From Felis catus (lineage: Eukaryota): a stretch of 64,000 nucleotides of DNA. Both the position numbers and the translations under genes were made by a program. This document shows, piece after piece, positions 1-12,307 of the stretch. Under the pieces are notes generated by a model. It made no database searches and had not been told where the DNA came from. It saw only the letters and a list, made by a program, of their open reading frames with translations. The DNA is taken from positions 205,594,001 through 205,658,000 of the forward strand of contig NC_058368.1 in assembly GCF_018350175.1 (NCBI RefSeq). Direction: 5' to 3'. How positions within the stretch are numbered: the stretch's first letter is position 1; the number at the start of each line of letters is the position of its first letter.

Positions 1-82
1 CGCAGGGCTCGAACTCACGGACCGCGAGATCGTGACCTGGCTGAAGTCGGACGCTTAACCGACTGCGCCACCCAGGCGCCCC
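1..82 (-). mobile_element. Young felid CanSINE (SINEC_Fc type), 5' head only, truncated by window edge
   Basis: Reverse complement reads GGGGCGCCTGGGTGGCGCAGTCGGTTAAGCGTCCGACTTCAGCCAGGTCACGATCTCGCGGTCCGTGAGTTCGAGCCC, with pol III A/B boxes and intact CpGs. Confidence 0.95.
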
Positions 83-85
83 TGA

Positions 86-250
86 TTTACATTTTAAACC
101 AATCAGTCTGGCTGAGGGAAGAAGCAGAAAGACATTTTAGAAAGCTTATCGCAACAATCCAAGCAAAAGATGATGTTGGTTTAGCTTAGGGTGGTGGCGA
201 TGGAAGTGGCGAGAAGTGTCAAAGTATCTATGTAGTCTGAACAGGATGTG
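86..250 (-). mobile_element. L2 LINE fragment
   Basis: 'gcaacaatccaagcaaaagatgatgttggtttagcttagggtggtggcgatggaagtggcgagaagtg' resembles antisense L2 3' region. Confidence 0.6.
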
Positions 251-359
251 CTTACATTTCTATTATCACTTACATATGCTTAAATATGTTCACTTCTGTG
301 TGCTTACACTTCTCAGTTTCTATGCTTTCTATGCCTTCTTGCATCATAGATATGTGATC

Positions 360-1033
360 ACTTTCCTTCTTCCTTGAGAGTTTCCTTCTGTGAAAGTCTG
401 TTGGCAAACATTTTTTTTCTTCTTTTCTGAAAATAAACTAATTTCTCCCTTATCTTGGTTGTCAAGCATTTTCTCTGCATGTTGAAGATATCATTCCACT
501 CTCCTATAGCTTCCATGGTCTCTGGTAGTCAAAATGTGCCTCCTTTGATGGTATTCATCTTTTTCTCTCTGACCTTGAATCTCTCAGTGGTCTTTGTTGT
601 TGGGCAGTGTCTCTGTGGTATGACTAGATATGAATTTCTTTGTATTTATTATCCTGCCTGGGATTCCTTAAGATTCCAATATCCATGAATCAGTGTCCTT
701 TTTCGGTTGTAGAAAACGCCAGCCATTATCTCTTCAAATCTTGCCCCAGTCTCTTCCTTTTTGTCCTCTTTCTGCACCTCTAGTTATATGTAGGTTACAC
801 TTCCTACTTCATCTTCTCTGCCCCATATTTGCTCGTTCATACTCTGCCTCTCTTTTGTGTGTGCTACATATTGAAATGTTTTGTTTGACCTCTTTTCCAG
901 TTTACAGTGACTTTGTTCACATGTATCTAATCTGCTGATAAATCCATTTATTAAATTGTTTATTGCAATAATTAGATTTATCATTTCTGAAGGTGCTCTC
1001 TCATTGTTGTTCAAATCTCTTACATCATATTTT
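360..1033 (-). mobile_element. Ancient L1M/HAL1-type fragment (ORF1 region), left part; resumes at ~2419-2900
   Basis: T-rich antisense L1 motifs (ttgaagatatcattccact, cagccattatctcttcaaat); sequence continues in register after 2419. Confidence 0.65.
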
Positions 1034-1086
1034 ATTTTATTTTATTTTATTTTATTTTATTTTATTTTATTTTATTTTATTTTTTT
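1030..1086 (-). repeat. (TTTTA)n tract, the degenerate poly(A) tail of a minus-strand retro-insertion
   Basis: ~11 TTTTA units; ATTAAA lies ~15 nt upstream on the minus strand (plus tttaat at 1101-1106). Confidence 0.85.
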
Positions 1087-1559
1087 AGATGATTTGAATG
1101 TTTAATGGCATCAAACTATGAGAACGGGTTGTATTCTTCAGTCACAATAGAAATGCCCTTGACTGTCTGCAAAACTCCATAACTTTAGACCCCTTCTGTC
1201 TTGGACTGGGCTTGGCTAGGCATACCTCATGGTTTCTTCTATGACTCATTTTTCCCGTGTTCCCACCTCACTAATAGATGCTTGCTTCCTCAGACTTATT
1301 TAATGCATATTAATACTATGTAAGTAGCACTTTATATACTGTTTCATGAAGCCTAGGATCTCTCTCTTCTCATCCAGTTTGTGCTGGCTTTTATGGTTTG
1401 ACTCTTAGAGATCTATCATATTTCCCTACTTATCTATCCATGGGCAGAGGTAGGTGAACAGGGCAGAGGGTGCATCATAGCCCCCTCTTACAAATAACAG
1501 TTACAGTAAATTTGAACTCTTCCCTTGCCCTGTTCAACATAGGAACATTTCTAGGTTGT

Positions 1560-1770
1560 CAATGGCCATATCAAAAAGCCATACCTGGAATTAAACACAA
1601 TATTTCTGGTATGGTTTGATGGACTTGCAGAAACTACAATCTGTCCACTCATTTTTCTCAGGCATTATATTCTAGTAACATACCCTAGGATAGAATTTGT
1701 TTTCTCAGCAGCAAAATTGTGTTGTTGATTTATCTTGAGCTTCAAATGAACTCTCTTAAATTATCTTTTA
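1560..1770 (-). mobile_element. Probable CR1/L3 LINE relic inside the transduced segment
   Basis: 'aaacacaatatttctggtatggtttga...ggcattatattctagtaacataccctaggatagaatttg...cagcagcaaaattgtgttgttgatttatcttgagctt' resembles antisense L3 consensus from memory. Confidence 0.5.
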
Positions 1771-1787
1771 TTTATGCTTATAACTTG

Positions 1788-2417
1788 TTTTATTTTTTAT
1801 TTTTTTAGATTTACATCCAAATTAGTTAGCATATAGTGCAACAGTGATTTCAGGAGTAGATTCCTTAGTGCCCCTTACCCATTTAGCCCATCCCTCCTCT
1901 CACCACCCCTCCAGTAACCTTTAGTTTGTTCTCCATATTTATGAGTCTCTTGTATTTTGTCCCCCTCCCTGTTTTTATATGATTTTTGTTTCCCTTCCCT
2001 TATGTTCATCTGTTTTGTCTCTTAAAGTCCTCATATGAGTGAGGTCATATGATTTTTGTCTTTCTCTGACTGACCAATTTCACTTAGCATAATACCCTCC
2101 AGTTCCATCCATGTAGTTGCAAATGGCAAGATTTCATTCTTTTTGATTGCCGAGTAATACTCCACTGTGTATATAGACCACCTCTTCTTTATCCATTCAT
2201 CCATTGATGGCCATTTGGGCTCTTACCATACTTTGGCTATTGTCGATAGTGCTGCTATAAACATTGGGGTGCATGTGTCCCTTCAAAATAGCACACTTGT
2301 ATCCCTTGGATAAATGCCTAGTAGTGCAATTGCTGGGTTGTAGGGTAGTTCTATTTTTAGTTTTTTGAGGAACCTTCGTATTGTTTTCCAGAGTGGTTGC
2401 ACCAGCTTGCATTCCCA
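1788..2417 (-). mobile_element. Carnivore/felid L1, 5'-truncated (ORF2 C-terminus + 3'UTR)
   Basis: Typical 3'UTR (ttagttagcatatagtgcaa...caggagtagattcc) and ORF2 end (tctttatccattcatccattgatgg...gtggttgcaccagcttgcattccca); T-rich tail 1788-1806. Confidence 0.93.
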
Positions 2418-2484
2418 ATATATCATACTTTATATTTCTTATTTCCTGAGAATATTCTCAAGCTTGTGTTTGATTTGATTTATT

Positions 2485-2691
2485 GGATTTTTTATTATTT
2501 TATAGAGATAGCGAGAGAGCACATGAGCAGGAGAGAGGGGCAGAGGGAGAGAGAGAAAGAGAGACTCCCAAGCAGGCTCCACACTCTCAGCATGGAACCT
2601 GACACAGGGCCCAGTCCCACCACTCTAGGATCATGACCTAAACTGAAATCAAGAGTCAGACACTCAACTGATTGAGCCACCCAGGTGCCTC
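2485..2691 (-). mobile_element. CanSINE (older carnivore subfamily)
   Basis: Head ends ...tgagccacccaggtgcctc; (ga)n linker; flanking tgatttatt duplication. Confidence 0.92.
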
Positions 2692-2954
2692 TGATTTATT
2701 TTAAATCACGAGTCTTCTTATTTCATCACTTGAAATTTTAAGAACTCCATTTCTGTTGAATTTTACTATGAAGAATTATTTCCTTGGGCATTTTTGGGGT
2801 TTTGACTATGTGCATGACCCTTACAAAAGTATTTGTGGGAATTTTCAGAGAGAATTCTTTCAGAGAGGACTTGAAGAGAGGAGCATGAAGCATTGAGTCT
2901 GGAACCTTTTTAAAATAAATCCTGTTTCGTATTTTTGAGGACTCCCCTAGATAA

Positions 2955-3106
2955 TGTTTTTAATTAGTAGACTTTATTTTTTACAGCATTTTGAAGTTCA
3001 CAGCAAAACTGAATGATAAGTACAGAGTTCCCAGCATATCCCCTCTCCCACCACACGCAACCTCCCGACTATCTACATCCTGCACCTGTGTGGTACATTT
3101 GTTACC
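2955..3106 (-). mobile_element. L1MB/L1MC-type 3' end fragment
   Basis: 'agactttattttttacagcattttgaagttcacagcaaaactgaa...gtacagagttccc...gtggtacatttgttac'. Confidence 0.7.
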
Positions 3107-3381
3107 CCTCCTTAGTGAATTTAAATTTAGCTTGTAGATTGTCATAATGGCCAGCTTTTGTTTATAACTTTTTAGGGACATTTTCCACATCTTCGTTCAG
3201 CACCAAAGCAACTTTCTTTGAAGTGTCCTCTGATTAAAGTCCCCGTCTGGCAGCTTCTGAGTATGGCTTCTGTTCCTGTACCAGTGAGGCTGTGCAAACT
3301 GAAATTTAAATTTGCCAGGTTCAGCAAACGCTCTCAGTGTTTTCTCAGAAGAAAAGTGATTTCTTCTTATAAGGAAAGCCT

Positions 3382-3556
3382 TTTTTTTAATTTACATTTT
3401 AGTTAGTTAACTACAGTGTAGTATTGGTTTCAGGAGTAGAATTCAGTGATTCATTACTTACATCCAACACCCAGGACTCATCACAAGTGCCCTCCTTAGC
3501 GCCCATTACCCATCTAGCTCATCTCCCACCTACTTCTTTCCAGCATCCCTTAGTTT
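3382..3556 (-). mobile_element. Short carnivore L1 3'UTR fragment
   Basis: Poly-T then ttagttaactacagtgtagtattggtttcaggagtagaattcagtgattcattacttaca; homologous to 44710-44800. Confidence 0.88.
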
Positions 3557-3747
3557 TTTCTTGTAGTTTGCTTCCTAGTAGGAAAAACTTCTATGTTTTA
3601 TCCTATGGATAGAATTTGGCCTGAAAAATCCCCACAATCTTGCAAGGTCTTCAGTGCAATTAATAAAGCTTAACAAATATTTTCTTCGGTCTTCATAGTT
3701 GTTTTCAGTTGGATACCTGACCAAACACTTGATCGGAAACAGAAGTC

Positions 3748-3890
3748 CATTCATTTTTTTCTCTCAATCAACAAACAATATTTGAACATCTATGAACATC
3801 TACTACCATGCTGGATATTTGAAGGAGGCAGTTAATGCCTTGTATGTTATTCCCGTCCTTGACGAGCTTGCAATCAAGTACAGGAGGAAG
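3748..3890 (-). mobile_element. L2 3' end fragment
   Basis: cattcatt...caacaaacaatatttgaacatcta...gtccttgacgagcttgcaatc pattern. Confidence 0.55.
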
Positions 3891-4478
3891 TGCATAAAGA
3901 CTACTTAAGGTAAAATTTTGCTGAATGGTTGAGGAGTTCAGTATTGTGTATAATGCAGTATCCCTGTGCTTTCCTCAAATGCAGTTGGAGTAATTAAGAA
4001 CTCAGCACTGTAGCAAGAGACCTGTGAATCATTACTCTCTATACCAACACCCACCCCCCCCCCTTTTTTTTTCCTGGAGACAACAGAGCTCCACTAGAAG
4101 GGGACTCAGGAATAACTGGGTGGGCTGAAGAACAGAACTGGGGTGGCTATGGGGGTTCTAAGGATATTACCACTGGCTTAAATTCTGATTTGTTGGGCCA
4201 TTAAAGTGCTGATATGTTCTGTTCTCTCCTGTCATCTGAACCTGCTTCTCTTTTGTGAACCCTGAGTATACCCTTCTGGGGGAACCTGCTATCACCAAAA
4301 TTGTAAAGGAGATCTTATAGATGTCACTTCCAGTACTAATCATAACAAGGGTATCACTCATGGGGTCATTATTTTACGGATCATATGAGCATAAAATAGT
4401 TCTATGAACATTGAAAAACCCACAGAGTACCTGCACCTGCAATAAGATTTAGAGTTCACTTGACACTTTTAGGTATAC

Positions 4479-4658
4479 TTTTCTCTTCTCTTCTCTTCTC
4501 TTCTCTTCTCTTCTCTTCTCTTCTCTTCTTTTCTTTTTCCTTCCTTCCTTCCTTCCTTCCTTCCTTCCTTCCTTCCTTCCTTCCTTCCTTCCTTCCTTCT
4601 TTCCTTCCTTCCTCTCTAGAGAGCACATGTGCATGTGTGTCCAGGGGGAAGGAGGACA

Positions 4659-4702
<44 letters not shown>

Positions 4703-4832
4703 CTTAAGTCTCAAGCAGGCTCCACACCCAGTGCAGAGCATACTGCTGGACTCCATCTCACGACTGTGAGATTATGACCTGAGCCAAAATCAAGAGTCGG
4801 ACACTTAACCGACTGAACCACCCAGGCGCCCC
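4479..4832 (-). mobile_element. CanSINE whose tail is replaced by a (CTTCT)n/(CTTC)n microsatellite
   Basis: Head ...accgactgaaccacccaggcgcccc ends at 4832; (ga)n 4663-4699; pyrimidine microsatellite 4479-4612. Confidence 0.92.
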
Positions 4833-5963
4833 TATTTTCTTAATCCCAGGAAAATACTTAATGCATTTTCATGATTAGGACATTCGATTTTATTTATATA
4901 GCATAGAAAAAAATCCAACAAATCAACTTTAAACAGTGACATATTTGATACCATATCTTTATTTACATAGCATTCTGGGAACAGCAGATCTGAAAGGCAA
5001 ATCAAGGTTAATGTTCTGGCAATCAGCTAAAGTTAATTGATGGAGACATTTCAGAGTAAAATAAAATTATCTTGACAGCTTTTCATTAGGATAACAGCCT
5101 GACAGTCAAGGACTACCTAATTTTTTCTCTAATCACGACAAATTATTATTAATAGCAGCTTACACATGTATTACATCTTGAGAGACAGATCCCTGCAGAC
5201 TTTAGAGCATCGATTGTGAAGTGTCCTCCTTGCATTAGCTAGATCCTGGACATTCCTAAAGTAATGATATAAGAGTAGTTTATTCCAAATAAAGTTCAAA
5301 AAGTGTTGAACTTCGTAAATTTAGACCATAAGGCAAAGATCTAAAAATATGAGGAGTGTTAAAAAGTAATGTTCCAGAAACTTTCACCAAATAATTGTAG
5401 CCCACATGAGTAATTTTTCTTTTTGAGAGAATGACTCACTGATCAGAAAATTTTGCTTTACTCACAGAATATACATTGCATACTTGATGTGAATAAATCT
5501 TTTATGGCTCTGGAATGGGTCACAAAGTCATAAGATGAAGGGGAGGACAGAAACTCTTTTCATTTGGACACATTTTCTGGGATAGACTTGGGAGTAGTTC
5601 CCCAACTTTCTGTTCAGAATTTGATGGCGTTCATTCCCCTAAGCCTTGAGATCATGCGTTTGTGTATTGATGAGTGCTGAAAGAAAGGGGAGAACATGGA
5701 AGATAAAATCCTGGGTGGCAGCTGGAGAAGCATCATCTGTATGTCCACCTGAGAACTCAAGAAACCTCTAGAAGAGTAGTTTGCAGAGAAGAGCCTGGTG
5801 AGAGGCCATCCAGGTAAAGTGAAACTGAACACAAAGTTGGGAATTCTTGAGAAAAGGCAAACAGGCCTGCCCCTAACATTTATGTGGCCTGGGAATTTAT
5901 AAGTTATAAATCAGTTGACAAACGGTTAAACTTGTTTTATCTTCCTATCTTGAAATGGTACCA

Positions 5964-6430
5964 TGATAGGGGCAGGGCAGGGCATCTCAAAATATGCCAT
6001 TTGGGGATGCTGATTACTTTGAATTAAAGTTACTTAAGAAATGGCCAGTGCAATAAGGACACTCTGACCCTCCTCTGTCCCCCTGAGAGCAGAAAATAAA
6101 TTTCCCATGTGAAGGCTACCCTCCTTGCACCTGGAGGGCAAAAGGCATCAGAGATAGGAATTCAGGGTCAAGAAAGCTGTACAAACAAACCTTGTTACTG
6201 CTTCATTAACCTGCTACTCCAAGCCCAAACTTCTTTGTCTTGTCAGTTCCTCACAAATTTATTGTTTCTTTGTCTAAAAGGTATAAAAGCTGCCGGCTGT
6301 GGTCACTTCCTTGAGTCTCCTAATTTTATGAGTTCCCATATGTATGAAATTAAATTTCTTTTTCTCCTCTTAATCAACCTTAGATCAATTTAATTATTAG
6401 ATCAGCCAAAGAGCCTAGAAGAGAAATTCA
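5964..6430 (+). mobile_element. ERV1-class solo LTR (MER34/MER39-like)
   Basis: TG...CA ends; 'caaaatatgccatttggggatgctgattactttgaattaaag' matches MER34-type 5' motif; TATAAAA at ~6283; ATTAAA at ~6349. Confidence 0.75.
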
Positions 6431-7920
6431 CATCAATTAAATTTAAAGGCAAAATATATACTATAGCTAATAAATACCACATTTTAAATAAAAAGAAATG
6501 AAGCTGAAATTTTAAAATATTTTAAAATATTCTATTTTACTAAATATTCTTATGAAAGTATTTGCAATCATATTGTTCATCTTCCAGCTATTTGCCAATG
6601 CAAAGAAACAGTATCCTGCTTCTTGATGTTATGCCTAGATGTACAGATCTAAGGGAACAATGTATTGTTTAATATTGCAAAGGATTCCTCAGCCAAGTAC
6701 AACTGTTGTGAATATTGCTCCTATCTGTGAATATTTCCGGAATCATGAATTGAAAGACAAGGAAGAGCAAGAAAAAAAGATGTTCAGCACTGCTGGGAAA
6801 TGATGCTTTATTCTGCAGGAACGTATTGCTATCTGAATCTCAGGATACCTGAATGGAAGGATTTGACAAATTAATTTGTCTTAAAATTTTTTTTGACAAG
6901 GGGTTTAAGAATTGCAGAATCATTGAATCTGGCTTTTTAGAAGCCGCTGGGAAATACACACATGTTGCATAAAGAACTTTCACAGATGACCTGTGGGGTC
7001 AGGGACAAGTGAAACACGAGGGCACCCAGGAAGAAAGCCTTAGGAGGGCTTGTTCCCTAAAGGTTTGAGTGATAAGGGGTGGTAGATGAGAGCAGAGATG
7101 GGGAAAAAGAGTTATTTGGAGGTGCAACTCTTTTGTGAGGTTTCCACACCAATAAACTTTGAAATAGAATTGTAATTGTTCCCGTGGCCCTCTCCAGATT
7201 GGAAGTGTATGGTATGTTTCATGGAGTGTTTTTTCTTCATCAATATCTGTCAAGGATTCTTCCAATAACCTGAAACTCTCTTAGAATCTATCAGGAAGCA
7301 GTTTCAGAAAAGCTCTCCAGAGCCCACTTCAGCTCCTACAATAAGGTAAGGTAAAAGGAATGGAAACTAACTACCTCAATGATAGGGTCAGCTTTGAAAG
7401 TAATTGTTACATCTGGCTCCTGTTTTCTTGTAGATTTTTGTTGTTGTCTCTTTGTTCTTGGCAAGAGGACAGAGGTTAAAGCTGTGACAAAGAATAGCAC
7501 ACATCTACATGACAATGAAAAACTGGGCTTTTATTGAATATTTTTTCATTTCTAAAGACATCAGTCCACAATGTTATGCCCATTTTTAATGACTTCAATT
7601 TTTCGGGGCCTGTGACTTTACATCCTAACAACCAGGAAATTTATATTTAAAAATGACAATACTAAAAATTTAAAGGACAGGAGAGTTGCTATGGAAGTTA
7701 TTCTGTGTATATATGATAGGTGCATTTCTCGATTTGAAATGTGAAGTGGTCTCAGAAGAAATACAACTTTATACTGCAATAATAGTATAAAAAAAACCAC
7801 TAACCTATGTGAGGACATTATTTGTTGAAGAAACATTCTCATTTATCCAACAATGAGAATATAATCATTTATATTAGAAGTATGGTCAGAAACTGAATTA
7901 AAAAGCTGAAAATTCCAGTT

Positions 7921-8070
7921 GGTGCGCGGCTGGCTTAGTCGGTTAAGCATCCGACTTCGGCTCAGGTCATGATCTCATGGTTCGTGAATTCAAGCCCCGC
8001 GACCGGCTCTGTGCCCCTCCCCTGCTCATACTCTGTCTCTCTCAAAAGCAAATAAACATTAAAAAAAAAA
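7921..8070 (+). mobile_element. CanSINE with internal deletion and 17-bp TSD
   Basis: TSD aaaaagctgaaaattcc at 7900-7916 and 8068-8084; AATAAA + poly(A); central segment absent. Confidence 0.92.
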
Positions 8071-8408
8071 AAGCTGAAAATTCCCATCCTGTTATTTGCA
8101 TTTTATCAGCTGGTACATAGGCATCCAGTTTGAGAGACAACGAGCACACGCCCCCTTTCAGGACAGGAGGGGGGCTGGTTCACTGACAAATAAGCAACAG
8201 TGTAGTGATGGTGTATATGCCAAAATATCAGGGTCTCCTGAGCAAATACATGGTCTCTAACGGGGTTTTTTAGACAAACTGGAATGACATCTGCTATGTT
8301 GAAAGGATTGGGCACAAGGAAAAGTGTTTTGAACACAAATGTTCCCTGATACAGGCTGAGTTTATGTAGACACTAGAATTCCCACAGCACTGAGAAAGAA
8401 GCCAGAGG

Positions 8409-8446
<38 letters not shown>

Positions 8447-8749
8447 GGTGATCCTGTTGGAAGGACAGGAGTGTTGTTTTGATTCTTTAATAACTTTTCA
8501 CTGAAACTGGTTCCTAGACCCATGGCAGGCTTCTTGGAGGCCTTGGACTTGTTTAAAATGTGTTTGCTGGAGTTCTCAGATTCAAGAGACTGACTTATTG
8601 GGCCCACGCCTTTATTATTTAGCAACAGTCATGGAATTAAGTATAAAAGAAACAAAGTCCCAGCTTGACTGTGACTGAACTGTGAAAACATTTTAGGGGA
8701 AATTAAAATTGTAGCAGTACCCAAGGAGATGCCCACAAATAACACTACT

Positions 8750-8864
8750 TTTTTTTAATTAAAATAATGTTTTTAAGTAACCTCTACACCCAACGTGGGG
8801 CTTGAACTCATAACCCTGAGAACAAGAGTTGCATGCTCCATCAACTGTACCAGGTAGGCCTCCC
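8750..8864 (-). mobile_element. Short tRNA-Lys-derived SINE (SINEC_old-like)
   Basis: Reverse complement: ...gagcatgcaactcttgttctcagggttatgagttcaagccccacgttgggtgtagaggttacttaaaaa. Confidence 0.85.
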
Positions 8865-10234
8865 AAGATTATTTTTCATTGTAACTCAACGCACAGATTA
8901 GGATCACTATTTGTATCACTATTTTATGTTATCGTCTGCACAGAGTTTATGGTTTTCTGCCAAACACTGAAATAGGTAGATTAATTTTTTCCTGGGACAG
9001 TAGGTGTCATTTAGCATGCTATTGTTGCTGTGCCTTTAATGACACCCTAAAGACTTGAAAGAGTTAATGTTCCTCCCTTAGTATCAGAAAGTAACTTAAG
9101 GCTCCACAAAAATTTAGATTCTCATTATTATAATTAGAGATAATGAGGATGAATTGCAGAGATAATTGGTGCACAGCGACTGCTAAAGGACAACAAGTGT
9201 GGACAACACGCTGTTTGGCAGGACTACATGTTAATACGTGGGGAGCAGCTGACGGGCTCTGAATGCTTTAATGCCTAAATCTGTTCTGTTTCAGGTTTCT
9301 ACAGTGCCCATCACCTGGGCCCTATTCTTCATGACTATGTGCTCCACACTGGCTGAGTCAAAATTGTTTTGTTATAAGCTATTCATATCACCTTAGAGAG
9401 GCTGGCTCATATGATGACCTTCAATTTTCCTATAAGCCACTGAACATGAAAACATAGCTTAGAGTAAATTAGTTCCTAAGAGGAGAGTATGGCGCCATGA
9501 AACTCTTGTTGCGTATTCTTCCCTAAGTGCTGAACTAGGAAGCAATTTTTAAATTTTTTACTCCCTCTGTCAGGGCTATCTCAAGGTAAGCACCCTTGCC
9601 ATGGATCGGTGGTTGGGAGGAGGGTAGGGTGATGTGTGGGGGCTGGCTTGGGCTTTCAGCTAAAAAGACCATGACTTAAAAAGGCAGTTGGCTTGAGAGA
9701 AAAGAGAAGGTAGCACTGAAAAAGACCTCGAGGTGACAGGGTGTCAATTGCCCACACACCCTCTTATCTCCAAGATACAGTAATGGAGACCGTTTCCTTC
9801 TCTAGTCATATAACCTATCTTCCCTTATCTTTCTGAGATTTTCCTTTAACTGTAGGGCTACCTTTGGTGTTCATGTTACTCTGATTTAACTTGAGTAAAT
9901 TCATGAAGGAAGAGGAACACGCATGTGTGATATGCCTATCTCCTTGCAGTTGTACCTGCCCACCCGTACCGCTTTACTTCAAGACTATGACCCGCCAAGC
10001 ATTTTACCTTCTCAAAGAGCCAGTCTAGAATGTGATATTACCATTTCTTCTTTAAATATTTTGTCATTCACCATTCAGATGCCAACATCTAAATTTATGG
10101 CATTTTAGCAGCTAGCGTGTCCCTTTTACATTTCAACAAATGCAAGTGGTTAAAGCTGTCTTTGATGAAAACCAGAGGAGCAGTGTTTAATCCTCTACAC
10201 TCTACGTTTCCCCAGATGATCTCGAAGATAATTT

Positions 10235-10340
10235 CAGTTTCAGTTTTCCCAGTTGTCAAATGTGGACAGTTGTATTTGTAAGGATTGCTTGAGATGATAG
10301 GCCGAGAAGTGCTAAGTGCTATATGAACAGTATTATAAAA
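10235..10340 (+). mobile_element. MIR fragment
   Basis: MIR core-like 'tcagttttcccagttgtcaaatgtgga...gtaaggattg'. Confidence 0.5.
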
Positions 10341-10613
10341 ATTTAGCTCCAATAGGCATGGAAGAAGGGGATGCCTCTGCACTGGAGAAATATGTTTGGA
10401 ACTTCATAAAGGGTGAAGTAGAACTGTAGAAAATATTTTATGTATGTTTGTATGTATGTATGTATGTATGTATTTAAAGTGTCTTTAATCAATTTTATGA
10501 ATAATAGTAAAAGGACAGCTTCTAGGTAACGAACACCAGTGATTTAGGGCCCAGGGTCATATTCATTGTTGAGTAAAGTAATCCAAACCTTAGGTTAAAA
10601 TATGCTATGAACA

Positions 10614-10616
<3 letters not shown>

Positions 10617-10657
<41 letters not shown>

Positions 10658-10670
10658 TGTGAGAGAGAGG

Positions 10671-10710
<40 letters not shown>
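10617..10710. repeat. Compound (TG)n(GA)n microsatellite; a (TATG)n tract lies at ~10440-10475
   Basis: Directly visible. Confidence 0.97.
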
Positions 10711-10714
<4 letters not shown>

Positions 10715-11327
10715 CAAAAATAAATATCAATTTCTTTAAACTTTATTTTTTTATTTAAAGCATAAAGCATTTTCCACATGTCAGTTTACATTATCATTTG
10801 GCCATGTGAACTTCCTCCTATCCTCAGTGTCATAGTATTTACAGCCCACATCCTTTATGGGCTGTGGGCTTGTGGGAAGTCCATCTCACTGTTTCCCGAC
10901 ACACTCACGCAAGAGGCATAATTGAAGTCTAAACTGCTGAATAGTGCTTTGCTTTTGTTGTGGTTAACTAGACAATGAGAAATGAAGGTTATGAGTTCTT
11001 GATCTGCCCTGCCTTGGTTTCCTTGGAAGAACCACAAGATACTTCATGACCTTAGACAATTTACTCCAGATTGTGAAAGTGGCATGTTTATCTCTATCAT
11101 GACTGCTAGGGAACAGGATTTTAATAGTGTTATATCCACAAATCACGTATGTCCAAGAATTTGGTCCCATTGGTAGTTCCATTACTAGCATGAAGAAACA
11201 ATGGGCACTCGTTAGTCACTGAGACAGCTACCACCTTGACCATGCCAATGATCTGCCATTGGTTGGAAATTGTCATGTGACTTGCCATGGGGAACTCTGG
11301 CATCTCTTCTCCTCCAAGCCATTAATG

Positions 11328-11570
11328 GGGTGGTTCTTAACCAGGAATGATTTAACCCTCTCACCCTAGGAGATACTTAGAAATCTCTGGAGGCATTTTT
11401 GATTGTTGTGACTGGGGAGGGATTGTAGACATCTGGTAGGTAGAGGCCAGAAATGTGGCTAAATATCCTACAATACACACAAGACACCTCCTCCTCCCAC
11501 ATATACATCTACACATAATAAAGAATTATCAGGTACAAAATATCAATAGTGCTGAGACTGAGAAATGTTG
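11328..11570 (+). mobile_element. MER20 (hAT-Charlie) DNA transposon
   Basis: gtggttcttaacc...catctggtaggtagaggccaga...aaagaattatc...aatatcaatagtgctgagactgagaaa follows the MER20 consensus end to end. Confidence 0.88.
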
Positions 11571-12293
11571 TGTTTAAAGGTTTCAAGGTAAAGGGTTTCA
11601 GAGACAGCTGTCAGGGAGAAAGAACCACAAGACTGGGTCTGATCCACTCCACATTATTTGTGAAAAAAAGTCATGTTTGGTGGTGATAAAGTATGATTCA
11701 GAACATTCCTGTTCTGAGAACTACGTAAGGCCCCCAACTCTCCTCTTGGGACCACATTAATACTGTTACAGTTCACTGCTGATTCTCTAAAGTAAGGCAT
11801 TCAATATTTACTTTCCCATTTCTTGATAATCTTTCAGGCAGGAAAGAAATCCAGAGAAATTCATGACATACCGTATTGCCATTATATTCCTATTCACCCC
11901 CAATCCATATACACAAGAGATTGTAAATTGTTCATATGTGGCAATTAGCATGTCAGCCTTTATGAGGAGGCTTTTAGGAGCTGCGTATCATCTGCACACA
12001 AAAATATGCAGGTGGAGTGGCAAAGCAGCTGCAAATAACTGATCGACTTCCAAAGATTATGTCAAGATTCATTCATATTAAGTCAACATGGGATCTGCAA
12101 TATAGTATAAACTAAACTAATTTAATAAGAGCATCTGTTATGTTCCCTTCCACTGTGCCTTCGGCAGGCATTCCTTTTTTTTTTATAATGAGCGAGGTTT
12201 TGTTTTTGTGTCTCGTGACAGCACCTCTTCCCTCCACGAAGCACTGAGCCTTTGCCAACTTCCCAGCTACCTTCTGAATAAATCAACTGTGTT

Positions 12294-12307
12294 CCATCAG
12301 GTGGCAG
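12294..12307 (+). promoter_or_regulatory. Candidate CTCF motif
   Basis: CCATCAGGTGGCAG, 13/14 match to CCASYAGRKGGCRS, in repeat-free sequence. Confidence 0.4.

Noticed and set aside
7285..7345. Possible plus-strand 61-nt exon (ctctcttag...aag|gtaagg)
   Set aside because: Good donor but short pyrimidine tract; peptide not recognised; no partner exons identified.
8750..8864. tRNA-Lys-like sequence
   Set aside because: Degenerate, with the SINE-specific 3' extension and A-rich tail; it is a SINE, not a tRNA gene.
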